From: Girardia tigrina
Lineage: Eukaryota
NCBI GenBank assembly: GCA_001938485.1
Contig: MQRK01194420.1
Span: 1 to 63,289 of the forward strand
Length of the DNA: 63,289 nt
Reading direction: 5' to 3'
Shown piece after piece: positions 51,208-63,289 of this stretch. The notes below the pieces were generated by a model. The model had not been told where the DNA came from, did no database searches, and worked only from the letters and a program-made list of their open reading frames with translations. A program made the position numbers and the translations under genes. Every line of letters begins with the position of its first letter. The stretch's first letter is position 1.

Positions 51208-52982
51208 ATCACAAATCTTTGAAAATTGAAAATTGTTTTAATTAATTAATTTTAATTTTTTTAATTAATTAATTTTTTAATTAATTTTTTTTAATTAATT
51301 TTCTCGTTTACAACATTTTTGAGTATTCGGTGTAAAAGACCCCCTTAAGTTAGGTCACCGCCTATAATCGGGTTAAGGTACTTGTGTTTTCATGTACCAT
51401 GGCTCACATGTCACACTCCTGAAAGTTAACGTTTAATTAATAATAATATTTTTGGAGGCTTGGTATTTTTGTTATTATTAAATGTCATTAAGATTAAATG
51501 TCTTCAGATTAAATGTCAGGAATAAACTGTACACGTATTAAATATTTCCAGATTAAGTGTCCCCGAACCAAAAAAATCCTTATAGCGATTAATAAAAGTA
51601 TATTACATTATGTGTAGATTTCAGAAGTTACAAAATTATACAATTCAATTTTAAATTTTAATATGAAACTGGCATTCATCAATGTAATTTATTTTAATAT
51701 ATTTCCGAATATCAAAAAACTATTTCAGCCTACTCAATACTCTCATTACCACTCTTGAACCACAGACGAGTTGTTTTATTTACTGGATATTTATTATGTA
51801 TTTTGTATATATTGGTTGATTCCTTCAACTTTACTCCTTTCCATTTTTTTGTTTTATCGGTGTTACTGGTTAAATTGATTAATTAAAATTATTTATTTAA
51901 AATTTGTTATCATTATTTTGTGTGGAGTTATTATATGAGCTTAGGAAGCTCTTTAAAGTACTTAGCATCATCAGTCAACTAAATTAGCTACTTTTGTAAA
52001 TATAACGAATTTGATTCTTCTCCTTTTTATTAGTGATATTTGATCTTTTGTAATATTTTTCAGTTAATTGTTTTTGGTTATTTAGTCATAATATTTTTTT
52101 ACTTATTTTAAATTGAATTATTTATTTATAAGATTCAAGAAAAGGAAAATCTCAATTTTTTTGATATACTAGTGTTCATAATAAAAATTTTATATATTCA
52201 ATTATTATTTAGGGAATTTCAAAACAAATTAAATGTTAAATCGGCAAACACAATCAAAAAATTTAAATTTTAACAAATTTGGAGTATTTTATTTTCGGAA
52301 TGAATCTTCTCCTGACATTCTTGTTAACAAAAAACGTCTACCACTTAAAGTAAAATCAAAAAATAATCTAATACTGATCTTCTTATACAAAATATTGTCT
52401 TTATTTTTAATTTTTTAGTGTTAAAAAATTAATACTTAAGTTTCAAAAAATAGTACAAAATTGAATAACTATTAAAAAATTTTTTAATATTATTATAAAA
52501 ATAATTCCAAAACGTAGAATAAAATAATATATTTATATAATTTTTTATTATTTAAAAATATTTTGAATTTTTAAAAATATTTTCTTAAAAACAAAATATT
52601 AACATTCTATTTATAAAACGGATTTGGCTCCATTTAAATTTTTTACTTTAGTTTTTTACCACAAATATACATTGAATTTTTTTTAGACATCCAGACATTT
52701 TCCGCTTATTTATAGGGTTTTTTAATCTCTTTTTTGAAACATTTTCAATTAATAATATTTATTTTAATAATATTAATTTAATTATTAAATTCGATGTATT
52801 TGTTGGCTGTGTTTTGTCGTGATACCTTAAAAATAATATGTAAGCAAGATATAAAATGTCTATTTATTATTGTAGTTTTTTTAATTATCCTTTAAAATTA
52901 CAATTGATTTTTTAATAAACTTGAAAAAAGATGGCAATTTTTTATTATAAACAAATAAACACCATTTAAAAATATATTTTAG

Positions 52983-53021
52983 GATAAAATATTTCGACGG
53001 TTTAACCGTCATCATCAGATC
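52983..53021 (-). ncRNA. Minimal type I hammerhead ribozyme
   Basis: GAT-CTGATGA-T-GACGGT-taa-ACCGTC-GAAA-TATT-TT-ATC; intact catalytic core. Confidence 0.8.
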
Positions 53022-53524
53022 ACTGATTATGTTCTTTTTTATTGCTTTTATATAAGAAATGAATGATTATACAATCACTAACGTAAGTTTAATCGAAAAC
53101 TCTTAACAAATTAGTTGAGAGTGCTGTTTGAACATTGATTCTTGGAGTACATGATCTTATCAACAATGCTTCACATTACACTCTCTCCCAATAATTTTTA
53201 AAATGCTTGCACAAAATCTTAAAATCATTTATGCTCATATTACATTTACACGTTTTTTTATGCTCAGCAATATTACTCTTTCCCCATTTTTGACTGTGTT
53301 CTTGGACTCGTTTGTAGAGATGACGGGCAGTCTCTCCGATGTATGTGGCATTGCACCCATTACATATATATTGATAAACAATGTCCGAACACAATCCTAA
53401 AGGAGTATGTGATTTATTGCAATATATATTCTCAACTTTAAATGATTGAGAGATAATTTTTAAATTTAAAATGTTATCTGTTGATTTCAAGATCGAATTC
53501 TTGAGGTGTTTAAAACCCTCGGAG

Positions 53525-53946
53525 CAGGCGCGTAGCAAGGGGGAGATGATTGGCTGGATTTCCACCCAATGATAAAATGCCCTAAAAATTGTTTAAAAAA
53601 ATTATTACGAAAAACAAAACTTAGAGGAACGGGACCTCTCGTTTTCCCCAAATTAAAATCCAATTGGGCGTTCCCATTTTAATCCACGTTTTCGGCCCTA
53701 CTAGCAAGGCTAAAAACAAAGATTAATATAGAAACCCTTGATTGGATTTTAATCGGGGAGAAAAAAGGAGGTCCGAGGAACGTTTAAGGAGCTTAAGGAT
53801 CGTTTAAGTTTAGAGGGTTAAAATCGGGAGACACCCCCACCCCTGAAAAAATTAAAACCTAATTAGCCACCCCAATTATATTTAAGATTGCTAGATCTTT
53901 CAGGAATTTTTTTCCACCCCCCTCTGCAATCCTGGCTACGCCGCTG
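53525..53946. mobile_element. hAT-type MITE with 8-bp TSD CCTCGGAG
   Basis: TSD at 53517-53524 and 53947-53954; imperfect TIR cag(gc/cg)gcgtagc(a/c)agg. Confidence 0.9.
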
Positions 53947-54759
53947 CCTCGGAGTAAGGTAAGCTTAGAGTTTACCAAGGTGTAAAGCAGTTTTCAATGT
54001 TTAAACTATTAATTTTTTCATTTTTGTTTTTTTTTGGTTAAACCGTAGAAATATATTATCCTAAAAGATTTTTTAATATATTAATATTTTAATAATTTAG
54101 TAAATAAGAACTATTATTATTATATTTATTTTTATTTATAAGTTTTCGGGGTAAAATGTGTGGTGATAACAGATTAAAGAATTGCTCCTCAAACGGTACT
54201 GGTCATAGGGATAGAACTGGTGCTAGTAAAAAAATATATAATATTATTTATTTATAAAAATAATAAATGTGTCAACAAGAAGACACCACAGAAACCAATC
54301 ATTTTTTTAATTTGAGGAGTCGGCAGTATTCTTTTCTTTTAATTTCTAAATAAATAAAAAGAAAACAAATCACCAAACATAATTTATTCATGGATTTCTG
54401 AAATTAAGTTTGTGGGAAGTAGAAAGTGCTTCATTACATTAAAACAAATTTAATTCCACATTAATTCTATAATACAGTCTATAAACTTCTCTTTTAAGAC
54501 TTCATAAATTTTATTGAGGTTTTCCTTCTAATTTCTGTTTATGTAGAACTAAGATTCCTTAAAATAATTTGAGGAAATTTTAAATTATAAAAATAATTAA
54601 GATAGAGTACTAATATTAAAGCTCTGCAAAACAAACTGTAAATTCATGTAAACAAGATACTCAGTGTCTTTTTTTACGAGGTTTAAAAGTTTAAATAATT
54701 ATATATTTTTATTAATTTATGAAATTTATATAGGGTAATGAAAGATATCAATTGATTAC

Positions 54760-55000
54760 AGTTATCTTATGATATGTTTCAAGACCATAATGAGGAAAGA
54801 ATTGTTGGGAATATATTCATTTTGTCAACATTTAAATCATTATTTTTATGAAAAAGGATTTAGGCTGAGAACAGACTACAAAGCGATTACATTAATGTGG
54901 AAAACAAAGAAAATTAATAACCGCGCCATTTCAGACACAGTTAAACAACTTATTAAGTTTAGATATACAACTAGAATACCGGAATAGAATCGAACATTCG
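54760..55000 (+). pseudogene. Gypsy RNase H remnant
   Basis: RKELLGIYSFCQHLNHYFYEKGFRLRTDYKAI. Confidence 0.75.
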
Positions 55001-55599
55001 AATGAAGATTTAGTATGGTGAAACACGTATGATGCATGTAGACAATGCCTGATGGTATTTGAAGAAGCGAAAGTACAGAAGATCAAACCTCGAACGATAA
55101 ACCTATGACAGATCCAAATGTCAAGGATCTAATACAAACTGTATTCAACAGATTTTGCTTTATCTGACGACGATCTATTTCTAAACCTGAAAACAAGTTT
55201 TTTACTCACCAAGAAGCAATTGATGCTGTTGATTTTTTTTTAAAAACCTCAATAAAGGTCGTCATAAAAATAAAATGTATAAGAAATTGTTTCAGAAAGA
55301 GAATAATTATATTAAAAAATTAAATTTCTAGATATTATTGAATTAGTTATGAGTTAGTTATTATTTTATAATAAATAAATTTTCTGATTTTTTCAACGGA
55401 TGGAAATTCATTCTATCCATAGTTTTTTTCATATTTTAAATAATAAAAATTTCTTTGAAAATCTTTTTTTCTTTGAAACCGGTAACATATAGGTTACAGA
55501 AAAATTTCAACATCAATGAAAATGATATTTTTAGTGTCCTGGTGTTAAAGGGTAAAAATCAAGAAAAAATCATCTACTCCTTTGAGTTTGTTCTGATAT

Positions 55600-56060
55600 G
55601 GTTTATCAGTATACGTGTAATGGGTGCAATGCCACATACATCGGAGAGACTGCCCGTCATCTCTGCAAACGAGTGCAAGAAAATGCTTTAACATAAGAAA
55701 GACTAATAATGATGAACAAAGGGAAACTTGGGAATGTGACTTGAGTAAAATTATTTTCAAAATTCTGGGCAAACATTTTAAAAACTTTTAGAAGAGTGTT
55801 GTGTCTAGCTTTGTTAATAAGGTTTCTTGATCCTAAAATAAATATTAAAATGGCACTCTCAACCAATTTTTTAAGAGTTTTTGATATATTATACGCAACA
55901 GATTGCATAATCGTCAATTCCATATATATATAAGCCATTAAAAAGCTAAAAATGAGTGATCTGAAGATAACGGTAAACCGGCAAAATATATTATCATAAA
56001 AAATTTATTTCGAAATGGCGAATCTTTTTTTTTATAAAAAATGCCATTAATTTTTTAATT
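55600..56060 (+). mobile_element. Penelope-like 3' fragment with degenerate hammerhead (55958-55995)
   Basis: VYQYTCNGCNATYIGETARHLCKRVQE; GAT-CTGAAGA-T...AAAA-TATA-TT-ATC. Confidence 0.85.
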
Positions 56061-56205
56061 TATTCACAAAAATCAAGTAACCAGAAAAATATTGAAAATA
56101 CTTTCACCACAAATATTTTTCCCTCAAAAATATACAATAAAAATTCTGATTTTACTTTTAATCCGCGATTTTAATTGAATATTTAATTATTAAAATAATG
56201 CTACT

Positions 56206-56619
56206 TAATAACGGATAACATCAAATAGTAGGTGGACATGAAATAGTAGGTGTAATGAAGTTTTCAAAAAATTTTCCACCTACTATTAAAATAGTAGGTG
56301 GAATCAAATAGTAGGTGTATCGNNNNNNNNNNNNNNNNNNNNNNNNNNNNNNNNNNNNNNNNNNNNNNNNNNNNNNNNNNNNNNNNNNNNNNNNNNNNNN
56401 NNNNNNNNNNNNNNNNNNNNNNNNNNNNNNNNNNNNNNNNNNNNNNNNNNNNNNNNNNNNNNNNNNNNNNNNNNNNNNNNNNNNNNNNNNNNNNNNNNNN
56501 NNNNNCAAAACAAAAGCACCAAATAGTAGGTGTAAACCAATATTGGGCGCCTTTTCAATTTTTTTTCCACCTACTATTAAAATAGTAGGTGTCCTACTAT
56601 TTCATGTTATCCGTTATTA
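56206..56619. mobile_element. MITE with aaatagtaggtg repeats, spans an N gap
   Basis: TIR taataacggataacat(c/g)aaatagtagg. Confidence 0.75.
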
Positions 56620-57188
56620 TTATTTTAAAAAGCAATTTTCTTCCATAATTGAAAATTCTTTTATTTTCACAAAAAAATAAATAAATCAAAGTAAACGTAA
56701 AATTAAAAAGAAAAAAAAATCGAAATAATTTTTGTTGAAAGAAAAAAAACTGCGTAAAATAGAAATGATATCAATAATTAAATTTTTAATTATTTATTAT
56801 TTTAGAAATTAATTGAAAGAAAAAAAATGATAAATAAAAGATTTTTAACATAATTGTTCATTAAAACTACAAAAGTTTTTCTTTCAAACAGAAAATGCCA
56901 ATAAAATCCATTGAAAAAAAATGAAATTATTTATATTTTTTGTAAAGCCTAAAACTGATTGGCATATTGAAAATATTGAACAGTAAATGTTGCTTTTTTT
57001 GTAAAAAAAGAACCTAAAACCGGTGGATAAAGAACAAATAGTGTATTGATTTACGATAATCACACAATTGTTGGAAAATTCATAAGTCTGTCAACTGTAA
57101 TTTACATCATAATCTAAATTGTTTTTTTTTCTTTTTTCTTTGTTTTTTCCTATAAACATATGCAGAATCCCCCCAGTTTACTCGGAAA

Positions 57189-57565
57189 CTAAATGCGACT
57201 CGACTCAAAATTCGATGTGACTGTAAGTGAATCATTATTGACATTTGCTGTCTTGCCAGACTGATAATCTTGAGGAATGCAAGAATTGCTATTAAGCAAA
57301 GTATTGTATTGTTGGGAATTCAAAATTGAAGTTTGAGAATCATTGCAATTGTCAAATAATGGATGTAGGTTTTCTATTGAATTAGATGATGTTTTTGACG
57401 GATTACAAATAGAACTGTTTCGTCCGGATTGTACAACAGAGTCTTCAGGAAGTATATAACAAGGACAATGGTTGATTGTATGTGGAAGTGTTCCACGGGA
57501 TCGAGATCTCAAACGCCCATTATTAATTCCACGGTTTTGATATGGCATTGTTGTATAAAGTCTAT
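57189..57565 (-). CDS. Terminal coding exon of host gene (protocadherin-like cytoplasmic tail)
   Basis: tttag acceptor at 57566-57567; phase 1 matches the upstream donor; open frame (N)RLYTTMPYQ...FESSRI to TAG; Ser/Asn-rich, not TE-like. Confidence 0.75.
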
Positions 57566-57648
57566 CTAAATTAGATCTTTATTATTTTAAAGAAACTTTA
57601 TTATTAGACATATTTAAATATGTAAATAAAATAGAAATTATTAAAATT

Positions 57649-58102
57649 TATTAGTAACAACATCAAAATTTGAATGCAAACATTTATTTACAACACAAAC
57701 ATTTTCTTCACAACAATTTTCAGTGGTCATCTTTCTTTGATTAATATAGTTTTTGATTAAATATTTAAATATGAAAAAACAATGAATGGGAAAGTTTTTA
57801 ATATTAATATTTAATTTCTTAAATTTTATTGGATGACAAGGCATTACGTAATTTTTTTAAATGAACATTAATTTTTAAAATATATTAAATTTACTAAGTT
57901 AAAATCGTTAACTGAAAATATTATTAAAATTCATAATTATCAAACTTTAATTAATTAGTACTTAAAATTAATATCATTAAATTAATTTCATTAGATTCAA
58001 ATAATTAATCAAATAACATATCAATCCCGTCTGAGTAGGAGAGTCACAAATCAAAACAGCATACAAACAACAAACTTACAACATTCACAATTATCCCTCA
58101 CA
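57649..58102 (-). mobile_element. Solo LTR in the last intron of the host gene
   Basis: tgtgaggg...gttactaata; encodes MTTENCCEENVCVVNKCLHSNFDVVTN; TSD not clean. Confidence 0.85.
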
Positions 58103-60114
58103 GTTATATTATTATAAGAAGTCGATAAACGGTGACGTACAAATTCATTGACATCTACTCTGATACACTGATGGTATATAGCCCTTGTATAAAATATTAC
58201 AGCCATCTGATCAACACAACTGTCCTATACCTAAACGTTTGAAGAGGTACTTTATCAATATGCGTATATTGTGTTGATTGCTGTTTTGAAACTAGATCGA
58301 AACTGCAGATTCAAGATTCATCTGTACTGAAGGACATAGCATAATTAAAATCTCGACCATCGTGAGGTACTAATTATTCTAGCCGCTTTATATTCATAAG
58401 TATGTCTACGTTGCATGCAGTAACAACGACAAGGGTAATAAAATCATTTATTGGGATTTTTAAATTTGCGACCATTTGGTTTAATGTATATTTATTGATG
58501 TAATATTTCTTTTTGAATAAAATAAATAATATTCATTTTATCTAAACAAATTAATATTGAAAATTATCTACAGGTTACTATTACAACATTAATTTATAAT
58601 TAATTATTGTGCTATTACATTTCTTCTTCTTTAACCAAGAACAAGTCTAAAGATAATCTCTCCGTCGAAAATTGATCCTATAATTTATCATATGGATAAA
58701 CTGTTTAGTATATACAGAAGCAATTTATTTTCTTTCATCTTCTATTATGACATGCTTAATTTAAAAGGAAATAAAATCAAAACAATCTCATTAATCTTCG
58801 TTATTATCTAGGTGAAAGAAAAACAAATTATTTCGAATTTATTAAAACAATAAAACTCATATTTCTTTGTCATCAAATCAAAGAGTTTTATAAATAGCGA
58901 TAAATTAAGAAGATAAATATTAAATCTTTTTTCTCCCTTATTGGATTTATTTTACAAATACCTCTATTTTCATAGGATTTTAATTCTTTTCATTATACAG
59001 AAATTTTATTTAATTACAAATTAATTAAATACTAAGATTGGGGCACTAGACTTTTGATGATTTTCATCTCAAAATAGTCTTTAAGTTGTTTTTTAAGTTT
59101 TAATCAAGGTTATTTGCATAATAATATGTGATACATAATATGTAACCACTCTTTGCTATCCTTCAGGCAGCTTGTCAATACACCTAGCTAAGACTATTTC
59201 ATTGTAGGGGTTAAAAGATTCAGCAACTGCCATGAAGACAAATTCAAAATCTTTTCCTGAAAGATTATTTTAAAACTATCGCAATATATAGATCTCAATT
59301 ATATGTATTTTTGAACATCCAAATGCCTGATTGTCTTTTTCACTAGTTCAAGAATTTAAAGTTAAAGCTTCAGGAATAAGTATTGACGAGAGAATATAAC
59401 AAAATACAAAATTCGCTTTAAAAGGTACTAATAATTGCTGTCGAAAAATGCGTCTAACCGTTCTGTGTCCAAACAGCTACCTCGGTTTTTCTTTTCATTA
59501 ATATTGGCTGATTTTCCTCAATTGTATAATAGATATTTACATGTATGCTTTTGTTAAAGTGGCGCGTATTATTTTCAACCTCTTCTATCCAATATGAAAC
59601 AGACCATTACCTTGGTTTCATGAAAATTTTGAATAATCTAGGCTATTATTTCAGGTTTACAGTATATTTATATTTATTTATATTAGGCTTATAAGGTATA
59701 GGTTTTCTAAAAACGGCTCCATGATGTATCTAGTAAGAGACGAACAAATTCTCTTAAGGTACAATAAATTTTTTTCTTAAAGTGGAATTCAATAATCTGT
59801 TCAGTTGAAAGAGGAAGGTCAAGGTTTTTACTATTGCTGAAGTAGTATTTGTGTGTAATTCTTCGACATTGGTCTCACAATATAACTATTATCATTTATG
59901 ACAGATCTCCTTTAAGAATGAACTCTCTGGAAAAAGTATACAGATTATTTCTGGCAGTACCAGGAATTTACGACTTCACTTCCAAACATTGCAGATAAAT
60001 TTTAACAATATGATGAATTAGTCTAACTGAATAAAATGAATGTTTTATTTAAGTGGTATACAATTTATATTTAAATTTAACTAAATAATGTAAACTTAAG
60101 TATTAATTTTTTAC

Positions 60115-60373
60115 TTTTTCCATTATTATCAAAACTATTGTGAGGACCTAATAAAGGTATTTGATGAAGGCCATTATCATCTTCACTTCCTCCTTTTCCA
60201 GAATCAGCACTATCATCATCCATTTCGTTTGATCTTCCAACAGATCCGGTGGAAGTCATATCACAACAATTGGAGTTTGGAGTTCTGACTAAATTCATTT
60301 GAGAGTTGCCCAATGCAGCACAACTACGCATACAGCCGGAGGATACGGTGGCCATTGTCGGGTAATAGCAATT
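60115..60373 (-). CDS. Penultimate coding exon, protocadherin-like (CM1-like motif)
   Basis: attag acceptor, GT donor at 60114-60113; NCYYPTMATVSSG...DDDSADSGKGGSEDD resembles the delta-protocadherin DSG(K/H)GDS motif; identity rests on this motif only. Confidence 0.7.
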
Positions 60374-61432
60374 CTAATAAATAAAATACAAATAAAACAG
60401 ATTTTGGAAATTTTAATTATTTATTTCATCACTTTGTAATTAAACTATTGACCACAAAAAATTATTTTGAAAAAAAACAACACTTTGAAATTTTAGTTAA
60501 TAGGAAAATGGTTTTTTCTTTTATTTTTGTAATAAAGTAGCAATAATTAGTATATATTAGTAAACGTAAATGTTTTATTTAAAAACATTTTCACAAATTT
60601 TTAAGTTAAATAATATAATATAATATAATATAATATAATATAATATTATATTATTTAATATAATATGTAAATATTTTATTTATTTTTTATATATTTTAGG
60701 TACTTCATTCGTGAATTCATGTCTTAAATTAATAATTTGAGTAATTATCAGAAATTTTCATAAAGGAAGAAAAAAATTCTTTTCCTCTTTATAAAAGGTG
60801 TTTTATTTCAATTCAATTTGTAACAAGTATTTTGTTGAACATATTTATCAAATTATCACGTATAAAAATTAATTGGTTTTGTTTTGATGCTTTATTGTTT
60901 AAAATTACATTCTCTAATAATTATGGTTTTAATTTTCTTTTATTCATACATAATTTAGATTTCTTCTGCATCTTTTACAATTAATATTTTTTCTTTTTTT
61001 TCATTTAATAAGTTTTATATTTAGTAATGTAAGTGGCGTTTATACCACTTTCATTATTATCAAATTCTGAAGTCATAATTTAACACCACAAATTTTATTA
61101 ATATCAACAATTCACATATTTAAACAAATTTCTTGTTAATTCAATTATTTCGCCCAAAATTAATTCATTAAATTCTTTCGATTAAATTGTGAAAATTTAC
61201 GAGAATTAAACATTAAAAATAATTTTACATATTTTACAAAAAAATTTACAAAATCTAAACCTTAAAATAAGATAACATTTTTTTACAAAAAATTTTACAA
61301 AATTTAAAATGTAAATTAATTTTACATTCTTACGACACTTTATCATAAAAACTAATTATTCAAAAAATAAAAAAATAATGGCAAATTATATTTAAAAACA
61401 AAAACACGCCATTTGTTAAATTTATTTTTTAT

Positions 61433-61471
61433 GACAATTAATTTCGACGGTATAACCGTCATCGTCAGGTC
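61433..61471 (-). ncRNA. Minimal type I hammerhead ribozyme, intact
   Basis: GAC-CTGACGA-T-GACGGT-tat-ACCGTC-GAAA-TTAA-TT-GTC; palindromic stem III. Confidence 0.85.
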
Positions 61472-61982
61472 TCAAGAAAGAAATGAATTTTAAATCTGGT
61501 GTTATAAGCAAGCAGTGATTATGTCATCAATGGATTATTATGTCATCTAAACACGCTTAATAGGGTTTTCGAGAGACCCGTTTGCACATTAATCTTAGGA
61601 TCTAAAGATCTAATATAAAGTGCTTCACAGGCCACCCTCTCCCAATAGTTTTTAAAACGAGAACACAGAATTTTAAAATCATTTATGTTTATGTTTTCAT
61701 TCAACTTACAACCCTTTCTGTGTTCTGCAATATTACTCCCACCTACATTCCGACCATGTTCTTGGATTATCTTACAAAGATGACGAGATGTCTCTCCAAT
61801 GTATGTGGCATTACACCCATTACATGTAAATTTATATACGAGATCCGAACATAATCCAAATGGGTAATCCAAACGGGTCTCTCGAAAACCCTATTAAGCG
61901 TGTTTAGATGACATAATAATACATTGATGACATAATCACTGCTTGCCTATATAAGCAAATTTAAAATTCATTTCTTTCTTGA

Positions 61983-62021
61983 GACCTAACGATGACGGTT
62001 ATACCGTCGAAATTAATTGTC
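61983..62021 (+). ncRNA. Inverted hammerhead copy with a core G>A change
   Basis: GAC-CTAACGA-T-GACGGT-tat-ACCGTC-GAAA-TTAA-TT-GTC. Confidence 0.7.
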
Positions 62022-63010
62022 GTAAAAAATAAATTTAACAAATGGCGTGTTTTTGTTTTTTAAAAACTAATTAATTTAAATTTACAATAAACCCTTTTAT
62101 CAAAAAATTATTTCTTAAAATATTAATCCCTTAATTATTTATTTTAAAATTTATTTAAACTTATTCTCTAACTTTTATTAAAATATATTAATTGTTATTA
62201 ATGTAAACATATTTTAAATAAGTATTTATTTTTCATATTTTGACTCTACATTTTAATTTTTTAATTTATTTTTTTTTAATTTTCAAATTAAAAAAATAAT
62301 AAAGTATTTTGGCGAAACTTAAAACTAACCCCTCATAAATATGATTTCTTCACATTTTTAAAAAAATATCTTTTACTCTGAAACTCGAAATTCGAAAATT
62401 GAAAATGACTTATTTGTATCACAAAATTAAAATCAGTGATTTATTTATTAAATTATATCAATATAATGCTAATAATTATAATTGGAAAATATTATATTTC
62501 GAATCATATTTTGCTTTTCCTTTTTAAAAATAGGATAATTATTATTAATTATATTATTATTTTTTGTTTCCTATCTCCAGATTATCCCAAAGACGGAACT
62601 GGGGTAGCAGAGACATGGCGTTTAGGAATTTCGTGCGGGCCCATTTTTATTCAAATTGTTGGCTCATAGAATAATTTTCTTTAACGTATATTGCTGAAAG
62701 TTGTATAAAACATGGAAAACGTTGTGTATAAATGATTGTGTATGTTGTTATTTTTTTATTATTTTTATTATAGGCATTCATTGGATCTGTCGATCATTTT
62801 ATTTTTTGTTGCCATAAAGCCACAATCATTAATAAAAAATTAATTATAGTCAACAAGTCTATGTATAACATCAAGTTGCTAGTGACTATAATTAATAATA
62901 AAATTCAAAATTTGATTTTCAAAAAAAGTCAATTCACAAATAACATTAATTTTTAAATATTAAACTAGATCATAGTTTATTTTTACAATAAATATTTTTT
63001 TTGTTTGATA

Positions 63011-63289
63011 TTAGGTTGTTCGATATGAAACGGGTCAAACCTTACATTTCAATCGCGTATAACTTAACTTTGAACTATCGTATGAAAATAAATAAGGTAT
63101 TTCTTGACATATATATTATTCTTCTTTAAAATTCAATTATTTAATTTCAAATATATTGAATAGTTTCTTTTCAACAAACAATCAAACAGCGCAATGGAAA
63201 TCAGTGAAATCAGAATTTTAATGAAATATGAGTTCCACCGTGGAGCCACAACACATCAGGCAGTTGGAAATATCAACAGTGTGTATCCT
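63011..63289 (+). mobile_element. 5' end of a mariner element (runs off the window)
   Basis: TA-ttaggttgttcgatatgaa terminus; ATG at 63194, MEISEIRILMKYEFHRGATTHQAVGNINSVYP. Confidence 0.85.

Larger units (their letters stand above)
52910..54080 (-). mobile_element. Penelope-like fragment (GIY-YIG) with an inverted 3' piece, interrupted by a hAT MITE
   Basis: DIVYQYICNGCNATYIGETARHL; inverted hammerhead half at about 54037-54062. Confidence 0.9.
61391..62065 (-). mobile_element. Penelope-like fragment with inverted pseudo-LTRs
   Basis: ORF 61543-61872 (LVYKFTCNGCNATYIGETSRHL); 61391-61583 is the reverse complement of 61871-62065. Confidence 0.92.

Noticed and set aside
58130-60030. Coding-like composition inside the intron
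   Set aside because: No motif could be assigned; probably decayed TE.

Overview
This is a very AT-rich eukaryotic genomic window with several N gaps. Its repeat content resembles a planarian/triclad flatworm; that is an inference, not an identification. It is dominated by decayed, often nested transposable elements: about 15 Gypsy-type LTR copies plus gag, protease, RT and RNase H remnants; six mariner and one Tc1 element; several Penelope-like (GIY-YIG) fragments carrying minimal hammerhead ribozymes; an RLE-type LINE; RTE-like LINE pieces; an A-tailed SINE-like repeat; and hAT, piggyBac and other MITEs. The only well-supported host gene part is the last two coding exons of a minus-strand gene (60115-60373 and 57189-57565) that carries a protocadherin-like DSGKG motif. 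Four features stand out. (1) A ~7 kb train (about 14.2-21.3 kb) of unexplained, extensively base-paired, plus-strand RNA-like modules, including a 100-codon ORF broken only by two TGA codons in UxxC/CxU context. (2) An LTR group with TG...TA termini whose Gag ORF starts inside the LTR as a conserved Cys-rich peptide and reads through the poly(A) signal and the PBS. (3) A tail-less C2H2-finger LINE with a multi-hairpin 3' end. (4) A GC-rich MCM7-like fragment joined to an LTR.
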